From an uncultured Silvanigrella sp. (GTDB lineage: Bacteria > Bdellovibrionota_B > Oligoflexia > Silvanigrellales > Silvanigrellaceae): 64,000 nt of DNA. Below the pieces are notes generated by a model. It saw nothing but the letters and a program-made list of their open reading frames with translations, ran no database searches and was not told where the DNA came from. Position numbers and translations under genes: made by a program. Shown here in pieces: positions 41,922 through 50,966 of this stretch. Positions within the stretch are counted from its first letter, which is position 1; each line of letters starts with the position of its first letter. The stretch spans positions 22,207 through 86,206 of the forward strand of contig CAIZJW010000129.1 in assembly GCA_903933385.1 (NCBI GenBank). The letters are read 5' to 3'.

Positions 41922-43790
41922 ATGTCACAAGAAGTCCATTCCTTTCAGGCAGAGACCCAACAACTTCTCAATCTGATGATCCACTCTCTTTATTCTAACA
42001 AAGAGATATTTTTGCGAGAGTTAATATCCAACGCATCAGATGCCATCGATAAAGTGCGCTTTGAGGAAATCACAAAGTCCAACCTTCTCTCTGCAGAAGG
42101 TGAAGCTGGAATTCGGCTCACTGTTGTGCCCGAGAGCCGCCGCCTCATTGTTGAAGATACCGGCATTGGCATGACTCGCGACGAATTGATTGCAAACTTG
42201 GGCACTATCGCCAACTCTGGGACAAAAAAATTCCTCGAGAAGCTCAATGAAAACGATAAAAAAGATGCGCAGCTCATTGGACAATTTGGGGTTGGATTTT
42301 ACGCTGCTTTCATGGTTGCAGAGCACATTGTTGTGGAAACCCGTTCTGCCTCAGGCGACCAAGCTTGGGTATGGGAAAGCTCGGGGAATGGCACATACAC
42401 TCTCAACCAAGGAAGCAAATCTGCGCGTGGGACAAGGGTCGAACTGACTCTCAAGGAAGAAGAAAAAGAGTTTCTTGAAGAGTGGCGCCTGAAAAGCATC
42501 GTTCGCAAGTATTCCGACTATGTCACCTACCCCATTCTCTGGCTCGACAAAGACAACAAAGAAGAGCGCCTCAACAAATCAACGCCAGTGTGGGCTCGCT
42601 CTAAAAAAGACAACAAGCCTGAAGACTACCAGGAGCTCTACAAGCAATTGAGTGGCGACTGGCAGGAGCCGCTTTTTTGGGAACACATGAGCGTTGAGGG
42701 GCTCCTCCCGTTTCAATCTGTTGTTTATGTGCCCTCGGCAGTGCCATTCGACCTCTATCAACGCGATTCACACGGCCTTCACCTTTATGTGAAGCGCGTC
42801 AGCATCTCAGATAAATGCAAAGAACTGATTCCCGAATACCTGCGTTTTGTCAGCGGAGTTGTTGAAACAGACGAACTTCCTTTGAACGTATCTCGAGAAA
42901 TTCTTCAACAGAACACGAAATTGCCTGCTATCCGTAAACAGATTGTGAAGAAAATTCTCTCCTCCTTGCAGAATATCGCGAAAAACGAACCTGAGAAGTA
43001 CACTGGCTTTTACGAAAACTTCGGCGCGGTTCTGAAAGAGGGTTTCCATTTTGACCGTGACAACCACGAAGCACTTGCAGAACTAGCGCGCTTCAGATCA
43101 ACGACTACGGGTCGTGACGGGTGGATCTCACTCAACGATTATTGGAAACGCAAAGCTGATGGACAAAAAGATATTTATTTCCTGAGCGGCCCCTCTTACG
43201 ATGCCGTTTCAGCAAGTCCGCATCTTGAAGCACTCACAACTCGAGGAATTGAAGTTATTCTCCTGACAGACCCCATCGATGAGTGGTTTGTGATGGATTA
43301 TCCAAAGCATGGTGAAGCTCAACTCAAATCAATCTCTAAAGGTGATCTGGATCTCTCGGGCGTGGGCAAAGAGCCCGAAAAGAAACAAAATGAAGAAGAA
43401 ATCGCCCCTGAGCAGATCGCTCCTTTACTTGAAATATTTCGCAGAAAATGTGGCGAAACGCTGAAAGACGTGAAAATTTCAAAAAGATTGGTCGACAGTC
43501 CATGCTGCCTCATTGCAGATGAATTTGGGCTCAGTGCCCAGATGGAGCGAATGATGAAAGCATCAAACAAGGAATTCACAGGCTCAAAGCGCATTCTTGA
43601 GGTGAATCCGTCGCATCCAATCATTCGCTCCTTGGTCACGAAGGCTCAATCGAATCCGGCTGATGTCGCGATCGAAGAGTGGGTCGATGTTTTGTATGAT
43701 ACAGCTCTTCTCGCCGAGGGATCGCCGGTGCGAAACCCAGGAGCTTTTGCGAAAAAGCTTACAAAAATGCTCGAAACTCAAAAAGCCTGA
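41922..43790 (+). CDS. htpG: Molecular chaperone HtpG (Hsp90)
   Basis: From ATG 41922 (RBS GGAGG at 41912): MSQEVHSFQAETQQLLNLMIHSLYSNKEIFLRELISNASDAIDK.., then IGQFGVGFYA. Full-length Hsp90 architecture. Confidence 0.95.
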   Translation: MSQEVHSFQAETQQLLNLMIHSLYSNKEIFLRELISNASDAIDKVRFEEITKSNLLSAEGEAGIRLTVVPESRRLIVEDTGIGMTRDELIANLGTIANSGTKKFLEKLNENDKKDAQLIGQFGVGFYAAFMVAEHIVVETRSASGDQAWVWESSGNGTYTLNQGSKSARGTRVELTLKEEEKEFLEEWRLKSIVRKYSDYVTYPILWLDKDNKEERLNKSTPVWARSKKDNKPEDYQELYKQLSGDWQEPLFWEHMSVEGLLPFQSVVYVPSAVPFDLYQRDSHGLHLYVKRVSISDKCKELIPEYLRFVSGVVETDELPLNVSREILQQNTKLPAIRKQIVKKILSSLQNIAKNEPEKYTGFYENFGAVLKEGFHFDRDNHEALAELARFRSTTTGRDGWISLNDYWKRKADGQKDIYFLSGPSYDAVSASPHLEALTTRGIEVILLTDPIDEWFVMDYPKHGEAQLKSISKGDLDLSGVGKEPEKKQNEEEIAPEQIAPLLEIFRRKCGETLKDVKISKRLVDSPCCLIADEFGLSAQMERMMKASNKEFTGSKRILEVNPSHPIIRSLVTKAQSNPADVAIEEWVDVLYDTALLAEGSPVRNPGAFAKKLTKMLETQKA

Positions 43791-43812
43791 GGTTTTCCTC
43801 AGGCTTTTTTTT
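43785..43812. terminator. Bidirectional rho-independent terminator between convergent htpG and the QNP-repeat lipoprotein gene
   Basis: Stem GCCTGAGG / CCTCAGGC with loop TTTT, followed by T8 (43805-43812) on the + strand. It is preceded by A5 (43780-43784), which gives a U-run for the - strand. The stem overlaps the htpG stop codon. Confidence 0.85.
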
Positions 43813-43842
43813 CTCAATAAAACATAAACTAAGGCTGTTACC

Positions 43843-44886
43843 TTACTGTTGTGATGCTCCACTCGGATTGCGTGGCACCAGCACAGGTGCTTGCTGCACC
43901 GGAGTGCTGCCGCTTGGCTGCTGCAGCGTTGGGTTCTGTTGAACGGGCGATTGCAACACGGGATTCTGGGATGCTGGGTTTTGCCCCGATGGATTCTGAA
44001 TCACCGGATTTTGGGTTGTAGGATTCGACCCAGGAGATGTGCAGATTGGGTTTTGACCTGTTGGGTTCTGCGCCGATGGATTGCAGCTTCCTGGTAATGG
44101 AAGTGATCCAGGGAGTCCACCTGGTGTCTTTCCGGCCTTGGAACTCACTGGTACGCCCACTCCACACAATCCAGGCATCAAATACACACGTGGATAAAAA
44201 CCACTCTCGAGGTCGACCTGGTCTGATGAGCTCCGATCGAGCCCCTCATTCACAACCCGTTGAACATCGACAATCACACCCACAGTGACATCATGTGAGC
44301 GCACTTCATAGTAGGGCACTCCATTGAAACCCGAGCCTGATTCATTGAAGACGCGATAAATCGCACGTCCACTGGGTAGCGAATTGTAGCACCGCTTCTT
44401 GAAGCGAGGACTGCTGGGCGGAATTTGAAAGACATCGACCACAGACGACTGCCCTTCCATTCTCGGCGTGCCAGGTGAGCTTGAGCCAGGCGTGGAATCA
44501 AATTTTCTGCGCACAACAGCTCTCATGTCATAGTTGGCCGGATCAATATAGCTGTTCTGGCATGTGTCGAGGTGCGGGAATGGAGCAGGGCTGTTGTTGA
44601 AACTCGGATCCCGCGCACCATCGATTGGTCTGCGGGCAACTTCATCGGGGGCCATGCCCGCTGCACAGCCTCGATTGAAAACATAAAAACTCGTATCATT
44701 CAGCTTGCCTACAAGGTCAGGCGACATGCTATTGCGGTGATGGGAGAGAAGCTCTTCTACAAAGCCATTCCCGGCGCCACCAACACCCTGCGAGGCGCTT
44801 TCATTAAAGCGACGGGGCTGACAGGCCACAACCACGAAAGAAGCAAACAGGGCCAGGCCGAGTGATGGACGATGGAACATTGCCAT
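43843..44886 (-). CDS. Lipoprotein with a C-terminal Gln/Asn/Pro (QNP) repeat tail, function unknown
   Basis: RBS GGAGGG. MAMFHRPSLGLALFASFVVVAC is a signal peptide plus lipobox. The C-terminal about 85 aa reads NPSAQNPTGQNP..NPTTQNPVIQNPSGQNPASQNPVLQSPVQQNPTLQQP... Confidence 0.65.
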   Translation of the reverse strand: MAMFHRPSLGLALFASFVVVACQPRRFNESASQGVGGAGNGFVEELLSHHRNSMSPDLVGKLNDTSFYVFNRGCAAGMAPDEVARRPIDGARDPSFNNSPAPFPHLDTCQNSYIDPANYDMRAVVRRKFDSTPGSSSPGTPRMEGQSSVVDVFQIPPSSPRFKKRCYNSLPSGRAIYRVFNESGSGFNGVPYYEVRSHDVTVGVIVDVQRVVNEGLDRSSSDQVDLESGFYPRVYLMPGLCGVGVPVSSKAGKTPGGLPGSLPLPGSCNPSAQNPTGQNPICTSPGSNPTTQNPVIQNPSGQNPASQNPVLQSPVQQNPTLQQPSGSTPVQQAPVLVPRNPSGASQQ

Positions 44887-45044
44887 TTGAGATCCCTCCG
44901 TATGCCGCGAACCTGAGACGAAGCGCTCTGCTTGTTTGGTGCTTTGCTAGACACAACCGGCAGTTTGCTTTTAATCCGCGCATGTTCAACGGGGTTTCGG
45001 AACTTAGAATGAAAACTTGAGCAAATTTTGCAGCGTGGAAGAAA

Positions 45045-45368
45045 TCAGCAAAGCCCATCGAGAAATTTAAGCCATGAACGGAATTCTGCTGACGTCTTAA
45101 AAACAGGCTTTCGGCCCATAGGGAGGCCCTGGGAAAAGAAATAGAGAGCTGGAAGCTGCTCCGCAGGGAATTTGCTCTGAAGCTCGGGCTCGAGTGTGAC
45201 GTCCACCCGAAAAACATGAAGTGAAGAATCCTTCATCTCTCCGAGAATGGCTGAAAAGTTCCTACAACTTTGGAGAGAAGGATCGTGAAAACAGACTACC
45301 GCATGACCTGTTTCTGGATTCTTGCTCTGCTCCATCGCATCTGCCAAATCAACGTCCTCAATTTTCAT
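45045..45368 (-). CDS. Small thioredoxin-like protein with an SxxC motif instead of CxxC
   Basis: 107 aa, RBS GGAGA. AVVCFHDPSLQSCRNF..VFRVDV..EPELQSKF..LPALYFFSQG aligns by eye to the thioredoxin pattern (FWAxWCGPC...kvdvd....PTl.lF.nG). Only the second Cys is retained. Confidence 0.5.
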   Translation of the reverse strand: MKIEDVDLADAMEQSKNPETGHAVVCFHDPSLQSCRNFSAILGEMKDSSLHVFRVDVTLEPELQSKFPAEQLPALYFFSQGLPMGRKPVFKTSAEFRSWLKFLDGLC

Positions 45369-45397
45369 GCCCTAATTCTCCGAGCCCAAAGAAATGT

Positions 45398-47122
45398 CTA
45401 AAATGACTGCTCAACAAAAATTGATGTCTGAAACCCATTGAGTGTTGCAAGAGTCTGAAAGCTTCTAGCTGCGTCGTTGTTGACAAATCTTCGACCGAGA
45501 GACGAAAAAAGAGAACCCGCCCCAAAGCGCAAACCAGGAGGACGCTCTGTTCTGCCCGGTGAAGAAAGTCGGTTCAAAATCCATGCAATCTCGAGGCCAG
45601 TGCGGCTTGAGGTTGATTTCGCAGTCGCTCCGAAATCAAAGGTCGATGACGCAATCGCTTCGATATTTGATGAGAGAGGCAAAGTTGCAGCAATTAAAAC
45701 TCCCAAGCCCATCTCCCGACTGCGAATGCTTAAGTTTTCCTGAGGCAGGCCTCCTGCAGTTCTGAAATCACCGTCACTGGTCACAAATCCAACTCTCGGC
45801 CCGCCACTCACTTCCAGAGCTGGCACTATTCCAAGCTGAAATGACCGATAAAATTTTCCAGTGAGCCAAATATCGATCTCCTGCAATTTAACGCTAGAAG
45901 AACTATTTGATGGACCAGAGTTGTCTTTTTCTTCAACCTGAGTGCCAAGTTGATATTGAGAGCCGAGCAGCGAGGACGAAAGCAGTCCCCCATAACTTGA
46001 GTTGAGCCGCAGGGCCAGACTCGCATTCGCACCATATCCAGACTTGAGGGAAAGCACTGGAATCCCGATGCTCCCATCGGCACGAACAATTAAATCTACA
46101 TAAGGACGACTCTTTAATTTTTCAACGACGAGTTTAGCCTTATCTTTCTCAAATTTGAGTTGATCGACTTGAAAAAGTGTTGTGAGAGCTACGAAAGCGC
46201 TCTCAATATTTCGCGTGAATTCATCATTCCTTGCGCCACGACCATCTTTACTTATGATCCACACCGTTCCAGTTTGGGTCATTGTCCTGTAGATGGCGTC
46301 TTTCATCGAGAGCTCTTTGAGCCTAAATCGATTTTCGTACGGATCATATCGAACATCTGCATACAGAACATTCGCAGGGGGTGCGGGATAGGTCACTTCA
46401 ATCGTGTTGGTTTCGTTGTAGCCTTCGATACGTAGGCTATCAAATCTGATCAGATTCTTAGTGACCATAGAATAAAAAGGAAGTTGATCGAGAAGAGATG
46501 CAACCACCAGGCGGACAAAGGCACGATGTCTCACGAAGCGCACCTTAAAGTCTGACCATGGAAAAACCTTGCGAGCCTCACACTTTTGAGATGGCACTGC
46601 CTCTGAGACATCACCCTCTCGCCGTGCTCCGGTTTTAAATCGACAAATACTCGTCTGAATCACTTCACGTTCATCAATGACGAGCTTTTCTACCGTCACG
46701 GTCCACAGATCAAAAACTTCACTCCCCTTAAACTTCTCAGCAACGGCGGGGTTGCGAATACTGCAGCTCACATCCGATGCAATTCCGAATCCCCAAGGAC
46801 CCTTGTCTTTCAAAAAGGCATCCTGCCAAACTTTGCAGAATGTAACTAATTGCTCAGTTCTCTGCTTTTCTGTCTTGGCATCGAATAGAGCTGAGTCGAA
46901 GACAATTCTAAATCTCAATGAATCGAGACGCAGGAATGCATCATTTGAAATCCCGGCTGCACCAGGACTCTGCTGCACTTTAGGTTGAACCTTCGGGGCT
47001 GCGGGGGGCGTGGCAGCGGAGGACGCAGGGGATGCGGGGGATTGTGCGAACGAAGCCAGGGGAACCCAGACAAGAAACAAAGTAACAGCTGCCGAGACGA
47101 AAAAACGACACCATCCCCTCAT
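45398..47122 (-). CDS. Large outer-membrane protein candidate (N-terminal globular part + C-terminal beta-barrel-like region), function unknown
   Basis: From ATG 47122: MRGWCRFFVSAAVTLFLVWVPLASFAQSP (signal peptide), then a Pro/Ala-rich linker. The C-terminal third has alternating strand patterns and ends ..TSIFVEQSF (terminal Phe). Confidence 0.55.
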   Translation of the reverse strand: MRGWCRFFVSAAVTLFLVWVPLASFAQSPASPASSAATPPAAPKVQPKVQQSPGAAGISNDAFLRLDSLRFRIVFDSALFDAKTEKQRTEQLVTFCKVWQDAFLKDKGPWGFGIASDVSCSIRNPAVAEKFKGSEVFDLWTVTVEKLVIDEREVIQTSICRFKTGARREGDVSEAVPSQKCEARKVFPWSDFKVRFVRHRAFVRLVVASLLDQLPFYSMVTKNLIRFDSLRIEGYNETNTIEVTYPAPPANVLYADVRYDPYENRFRLKELSMKDAIYRTMTQTGTVWIISKDGRGARNDEFTRNIESAFVALTTLFQVDQLKFEKDKAKLVVEKLKSRPYVDLIVRADGSIGIPVLSLKSGYGANASLALRLNSSYGGLLSSSLLGSQYQLGTQVEEKDNSGPSNSSSSVKLQEIDIWLTGKFYRSFQLGIVPALEVSGGPRVGFVTSDGDFRTAGGLPQENLSIRSREMGLGVLIAATLPLSSNIEAIASSTFDFGATAKSTSSRTGLEIAWILNRLSSPGRTERPPGLRFGAGSLFSSLGRRFVNNDAARSFQTLATLNGFQTSIFVEQSF

Positions 47123-47219
47123 CGCAGAACGAAGGGCGCTTGTGGTAAGATCACCGAGATATTTGGAACAACAGATATACATTGATGGAATGATAAAGAA
47201 GCAGATTTGGGGAAACAAG

Positions 47220-48122
47220 ATGGCGCCTCAACGGAATTTGTCGCTCTTGGTAGGCGCTCTATTCTCGAGCTATCTGTTTTCGATCCTGCTCACCGCACAA
47301 GAGGCCCATGCCAGCAGCTGTCCGCGAAAGGCTCCTTTTGTGTTCCGCGAGGGTGACACCCTCTCAGAAGTGCTTTGGTTCCTGGGAACCGAACCAGTTT
47401 ATGGAAAACGGGGCTGGATTGAAAAAACATTTGACTTGAATCCAGCACTGGAAAAATTCCGCGGAAAACAAATTCCACCCGGTACGAAAGTTTGGATCCC
47501 CATCAAACTTTGTCCACTCAAAGGTGGATGGACAATCGAAAGTGGCGAACTCATCGCTCCATATCATCACCCAACTCGAGAAAAATCAGTCACACAACCA
47601 GACAATGACCTGTCGAAAACAAGAATTAAAGAACCAATTTCCAAACCAAGAGCCCTGCCTGCAGTTAAATCTACAGCAACCCCCATGGCAGTTCAGACTG
47701 TGAAGCCAGCACCAACACCAACACCAACACCAACACCAACACCAACACCAACACCAACACCAACACCAACACCGACACCGACACCAACACCGACACCGAC
47801 ACCGAAGCCAACGCCTGAGGCGACTGTACCTCCAATCATCGCACCGTCACCATTAGCTACTCCAGCGAGACCTGCTCGAACTCCACAGGCAACACCATTC
47901 ACCCAAACTCCAATTCCCTCTCCTGCAGCAGCTCCCCAGGGGGCCTCACCTATGATCGTCAAAACTCCCCCTCCGAAACCGCCCGCCAAAACAAAAATCG
48001 AACCAATTCAGAAGCTCCGCTTGGACATAAAAAACTCAAAAGAGACTTTTGAAAAAGTTAAAGAGGATGAGGGTAGTTTTCTAAATAATCTGAAAAAAGA
48101 CGAAGATTTCATTATTGAATAG
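47220..48122 (+). CDS. Secreted LysM-like protein with a (Thr-Pro)n and Pro-rich linker
   Basis: From ATG 47220: MAPQRNLSLLVGALFSSYLFSILLTAQEAHA (signal peptide). FVFREGDTLSEVLWFLG...IPPGTKVWIP resembles a LysM motif. Then (TP)15, a Pro-rich region and a Lys/Glu-rich C-terminus. Confidence 0.6.
   Translation: MAPQRNLSLLVGALFSSYLFSILLTAQEAHASSCPRKAPFVFREGDTLSEVLWFLGTEPVYGKRGWIEKTFDLNPALEKFRGKQIPPGTKVWIPIKLCPLKGGWTIESGELIAPYHHPTREKSVTQPDNDLSKTRIKEPISKPRALPAVKSTATPMAVQTVKPAPTPTPTPTPTPTPTPTPTPTPTPTPTPTPTPKPTPEATVPPIIAPSPLATPARPARTPQATPFTQTPIPSPAAAPQGASPMIVKTPPPKPPAKTKIEPIQKLRLDIKNSKETFEKVKEDEGSFLNNLKKDEDFIIE
47715..47804 (+). repeat. Hexanucleotide microsatellite (ACACCR)15 encoding (Thr-Pro)15
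   Basis: Nine perfect ACACCA units (47715-47768), followed by six ACACCG/ACACCA units up to 47804, in frame within the LysM-like gene. Confidence 0.95.
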
Positions 48123-48195
48123 AAATAAGTTGCCCAAAGGGCTCGATATTCGGCGAAAATAAAACCGTCACAATCTACCAAGATTATTAACGTCT

Positions 48196-49569
48196 CTATC
48201 GAAATTTAAATCCAATCTGTATTAAATGCTCCACAAACCCCGGTGCAGTTTTCTTCATGCAACCCGGTTCGAGGATGCTGACTTGCGGAGCACACGCTGC
48301 GAGCACAATTCCAGCGAGCGCGAAGCGGTGATCATTGTGCGTTGGCCAATCCCCACGCAGCGACGCTGCATCGCACCCAGCAGGAACGACGAAACCATCA
48401 ATATTCTCCTGCACAGCAACACCAAGAGCGCGCACATTCGCGCAAAAAGATGCAATGCGATCGGATTCGTGATTTCGAATGTGTGCAACTCCAGAGACGC
48501 GCACACCTCGACCTGTGCACAGCGACATCACGCCAGCGGTCAGCGCTTGATCGCTGCAAGCTGACATATCGAGATTCAAAATTGTAGGGCTAGAAGTATC
48601 GATTAGATTTGGCGAGCGAGAAACAAAGCATTCATTTTCATTCCAGTGCAGCAAAAATCCGAATCTCTGTAAGAGACTCATGAATTGAAAATCAGGCTGA
48701 AGAGTTGCGCTACCAAGATTTTCAATTTTTAACTCGGCCCCAAGCACACATGCGAGTGCTGCAAAGTAACAAGCTGTCGAGGCATCAGCCTCAATCGTAT
48801 AACTAGGCAAAGCATCCCATGCACCGGGCAAAATTGAAAACTCATGCAGCTCGGCGTCATGCACAACCTGCGCCCCAAATTCTTTGAGCATCGCGAGAGT
48901 GATTCGCACGTAATCGGGTTGCACCAAATGATTGACTCGTGAAATGCGGCAGGCCTGCCGTGAGCCTGCCGCAGCAAGAAGAAGCCCACTCACGAACTGA
49001 CCCGACTGTGATCCATCAATGCGCGCATGGCCTTGCAACTCGTTCGGTTGCAAATGCAACGGCAAGTGATCGGCTTCAAGGTGCGCACCGAGTGCACGTA
49101 ATGCATGAATTAGTGGCGTGAGAGGGCGTTTTTTGAGCTGCGCATCGGCATCGATAAAAAATGAATTTAGGGAAGAGTCAGGGAAAAGCGTTTTCCAGTT
49201 CAGCAGGAGAGCTGGCAGAAAGCGTGCCAATGTTCCCGCTTGTCCTAAGTGGAGTGAAGCATTTTTTTTCTCACTTCGCTCCGGTATTTCAATGAGAACC
49301 CGCTCGGGTAACTGAGAAACATCGAGGCGAAAACCCAACTCTTCCAGGGCCTGAAATCCCCACCAGGTATCGTCGGCCAAAAGGGGTGAAAGAAGCTCAA
49401 TTGGGCGCCCCGCGAGTCCCGCAAGAACAAGTGCTCTGTTTGTGACGCTTTTGGAACCAGGAACACGCAACTTCCAATTGCGACTTTCGCAACCCGTAAC
49501 GTGCAAACTCTGCTCGAGATGAGGCAAAAGAGATGGCTCAAAAAGTTTCTTTTGAGTGGCGAGGGTCAC
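48196..49569 (-). CDS. aroA: 3-phosphoshikimate 1-carboxyvinyltransferase (EPSP synthase)
   Basis: KLRVPGSKSVTNRALVLAGLA, LGQAGTLARFL and other EPSPS motifs. The GTG start overlaps the scoB stop (GTGA). Confidence 0.9.
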   Translation of the reverse strand: MTLATQKKLFEPSLLPHLEQSLHVTGCESRNWKLRVPGSKSVTNRALVLAGLAGRPIELLSPLLADDTWWGFQALEELGFRLDVSQLPERVLIEIPERSEKKNASLHLGQAGTLARFLPALLLNWKTLFPDSSLNSFFIDADAQLKKRPLTPLIHALRALGAHLEADHLPLHLQPNELQGHARIDGSQSGQFVSGLLLAAAGSRQACRISRVNHLVQPDYVRITLAMLKEFGAQVVHDAELHEFSILPGAWDALPSYTIEADASTACYFAALACVLGAELKIENLGSATLQPDFQFMSLLQRFGFLLHWNENECFVSRSPNLIDTSSPTILNLDMSACSDQALTAGVMSLCTGRGVRVSGVAHIRNHESDRIASFCANVRALGVAVQENIDGFVVPAGCDAASLRGDWPTHNDHRFALAGIVLAACAPQVSILEPGCMKKTAPGFVEHLIQIGFKFR

Positions 49570-50234
49570 GGATTAAGAACCCTAATCCCTTCGGGAGACT
49601 TCAATAAATGCGCCTCAGTTGAGGCCTGCAATTGCTCGAAACTGAGTCCCGCAATGATTTCGGTCACAACGAGTCCTTCGGCAGTCACAGTCATTGCAGC
49701 CCGATCTGAAATTATTTTTTTAACACATTTCTTCCCAGTGAGAGGAAGTTTACAATGCTTCAAAATCTTCGGACTTCCATCGGGTGCACAGTGTTGCATA
49801 ACAACCACAACGTTCGGTGAACCAGCCACCAGGTCCATTGCACCACCCATACCCTTCACCATCTTTCCTGGAATCATCCAGTTAGCAATGTCGCCTTGTT
49901 CAGAGACTTCCATCGCACCTAAAATGGTGAGGTCAATATGCCCACCTCGGATCATGGCGAAGGAATCGGCTGAAGAAAACACCGCAGCGCCCGGCAATAA
50001 AGTGACCGTTTGTTTGCCAGCATTGATGAGATCGGCTCGCTCGTACCCAGCTTCTGGGAATGGCCCCATCCCTAGAATTCCATTCTCTGACTGAAGAGTG
50101 ATGTTCATCTCGGCCGTGATTTCATTTGCAACCAGAGTCGGAATTCCAATTCCAAGATTCACATACATCCCAGGCCGGAGTTCAGCTGCTGCACGTTTTG
50201 CGAGTTGTTCACGAGATAAAAGCTTAAAGCTCAT
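49566..50234 (-). CDS. scoB: 3-oxoacid CoA-transferase, subunit B
   Basis: Family I CoA-transferase beta subunit with the catalytic-Glu motif LQSENGILGMGP. Confidence 0.9.
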   Translation of the reverse strand: MSFKLLSREQLAKRAAAELRPGMYVNLGIGIPTLVANEITAEMNITLQSENGILGMGPFPEAGYERADLINAGKQTVTLLPGAAVFSSADSFAMIRGGHIDLTILGAMEVSEQGDIANWMIPGKMVKGMGGAMDLVAGSPNVVVVMQHCAPDGSPKILKHCKLPLTGKKCVKKIISDRAAMTVTAEGLVVTEIIAGLSFEQLQASTEAHLLKSPEGIRVLNP

Positions 50235-50252
50235 GGCTGTTCTCTTTCCGAA

Positions 50253-50966
50253 TCAGACGCGCGCTTGGACGGTGCGCTGTTCAATGCGTTTCTCGTAGCT
50301 GCGCCCGAGCAGCAGACGCTTCACATAAACTGCAGGAGTGTGAATGGCGAGTGGACTCATTTCGCCCTCACCCACTAGCTCCTCTACTTCCGCGATTGTG
50401 ACTTTGGCTGCAGTTGCCATCATGGGATTAAAGTTCATTGCAGTCATGTTGAACTGCAAATTACCATGAGGATCTGCACGCCAGGCCTTAATAAGGGCAA
50501 AGTCTGCCTTCAGAGCTCTTTCGAGCACATACTCACGACCATCAAAAATTTTTATTTCTTTACCTTCAGCCACAAGTGTCCCAACACCAGTGGGAGTGTA
50601 AAAAGCTGGGATACCAGCTCCGCCCGCGCGTATACGCTCGGCCAAATTCCCCTGCGGAGTCAGTTCAACTTCCAGAGATCCAGAAAGAAATTGCTGTTCG
50701 AAAATTTTATTTTCGCCCACGTAACTCGAAATCATCTTTTTGATTTGGCCAGTTTGTAGAAGCTTGCCGAGGCCAAAATCATCGACCCCTGCATTATTGG
50801 AAATGCATGTGAGATTCTTGACCCCTTTGACACGCAGAGCTTCGATTAAGTGTTCGGGAATACCGCACAAGCCAAAACCACCTACCATGAGAATGGCGCC
50901 ATCCTGAATGTCAGCAATGGCTTCAAGAGCTGAATCGATCAGTTTGGATCGGGGAGACACATTCAT
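50253..50966 (-). CDS. scoA: 3-oxoacid CoA-transferase, subunit A
   Basis: Typical alpha-subunit sequence ([20 protein letters not shown]..., [32 protein letters not shown]). Confidence 0.9.
   Translation of the reverse strand: MNVSPRSKLIDSALEAIADIQDGAILMVGGFGLCGIPEHLIEALRVKGVKNLTCISNNAGVDDFGLGKLLQTGQIKKMISSYVGENKIFEQQFLSGSLEVELTPQGNLAERIRAGGAGIPAFYTPTGVGTLVAEGKEIKIFDGREYVLERALKADFALIKAWRADPHGNLQFNMTAMNFNPMMATAAKVTIAEVEELVGEGEMSPLAIHTPAVYVKRLLLGRSYEKRIEQRTVQARV

Noticed and set aside
44804-45217. 137-aa minus-strand ORF overlapping the small thioredoxin-like gene and the intergenic region
   Set aside because: It overlaps, in a different frame, the 45045-45368 ORF, which has a good RBS and a thioredoxin-like pattern. 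The 137-aa product is Ser/Leu/Arg-rich with no motif.
47693-47989. Minus-strand ORF encoding (GV)n opposite the (TP)n repeat
   Set aside because: It is an artefact of the hexanucleotide repeat, which stays open in several frames. The plus-strand frame has a signal peptide and a LysM-like domain.
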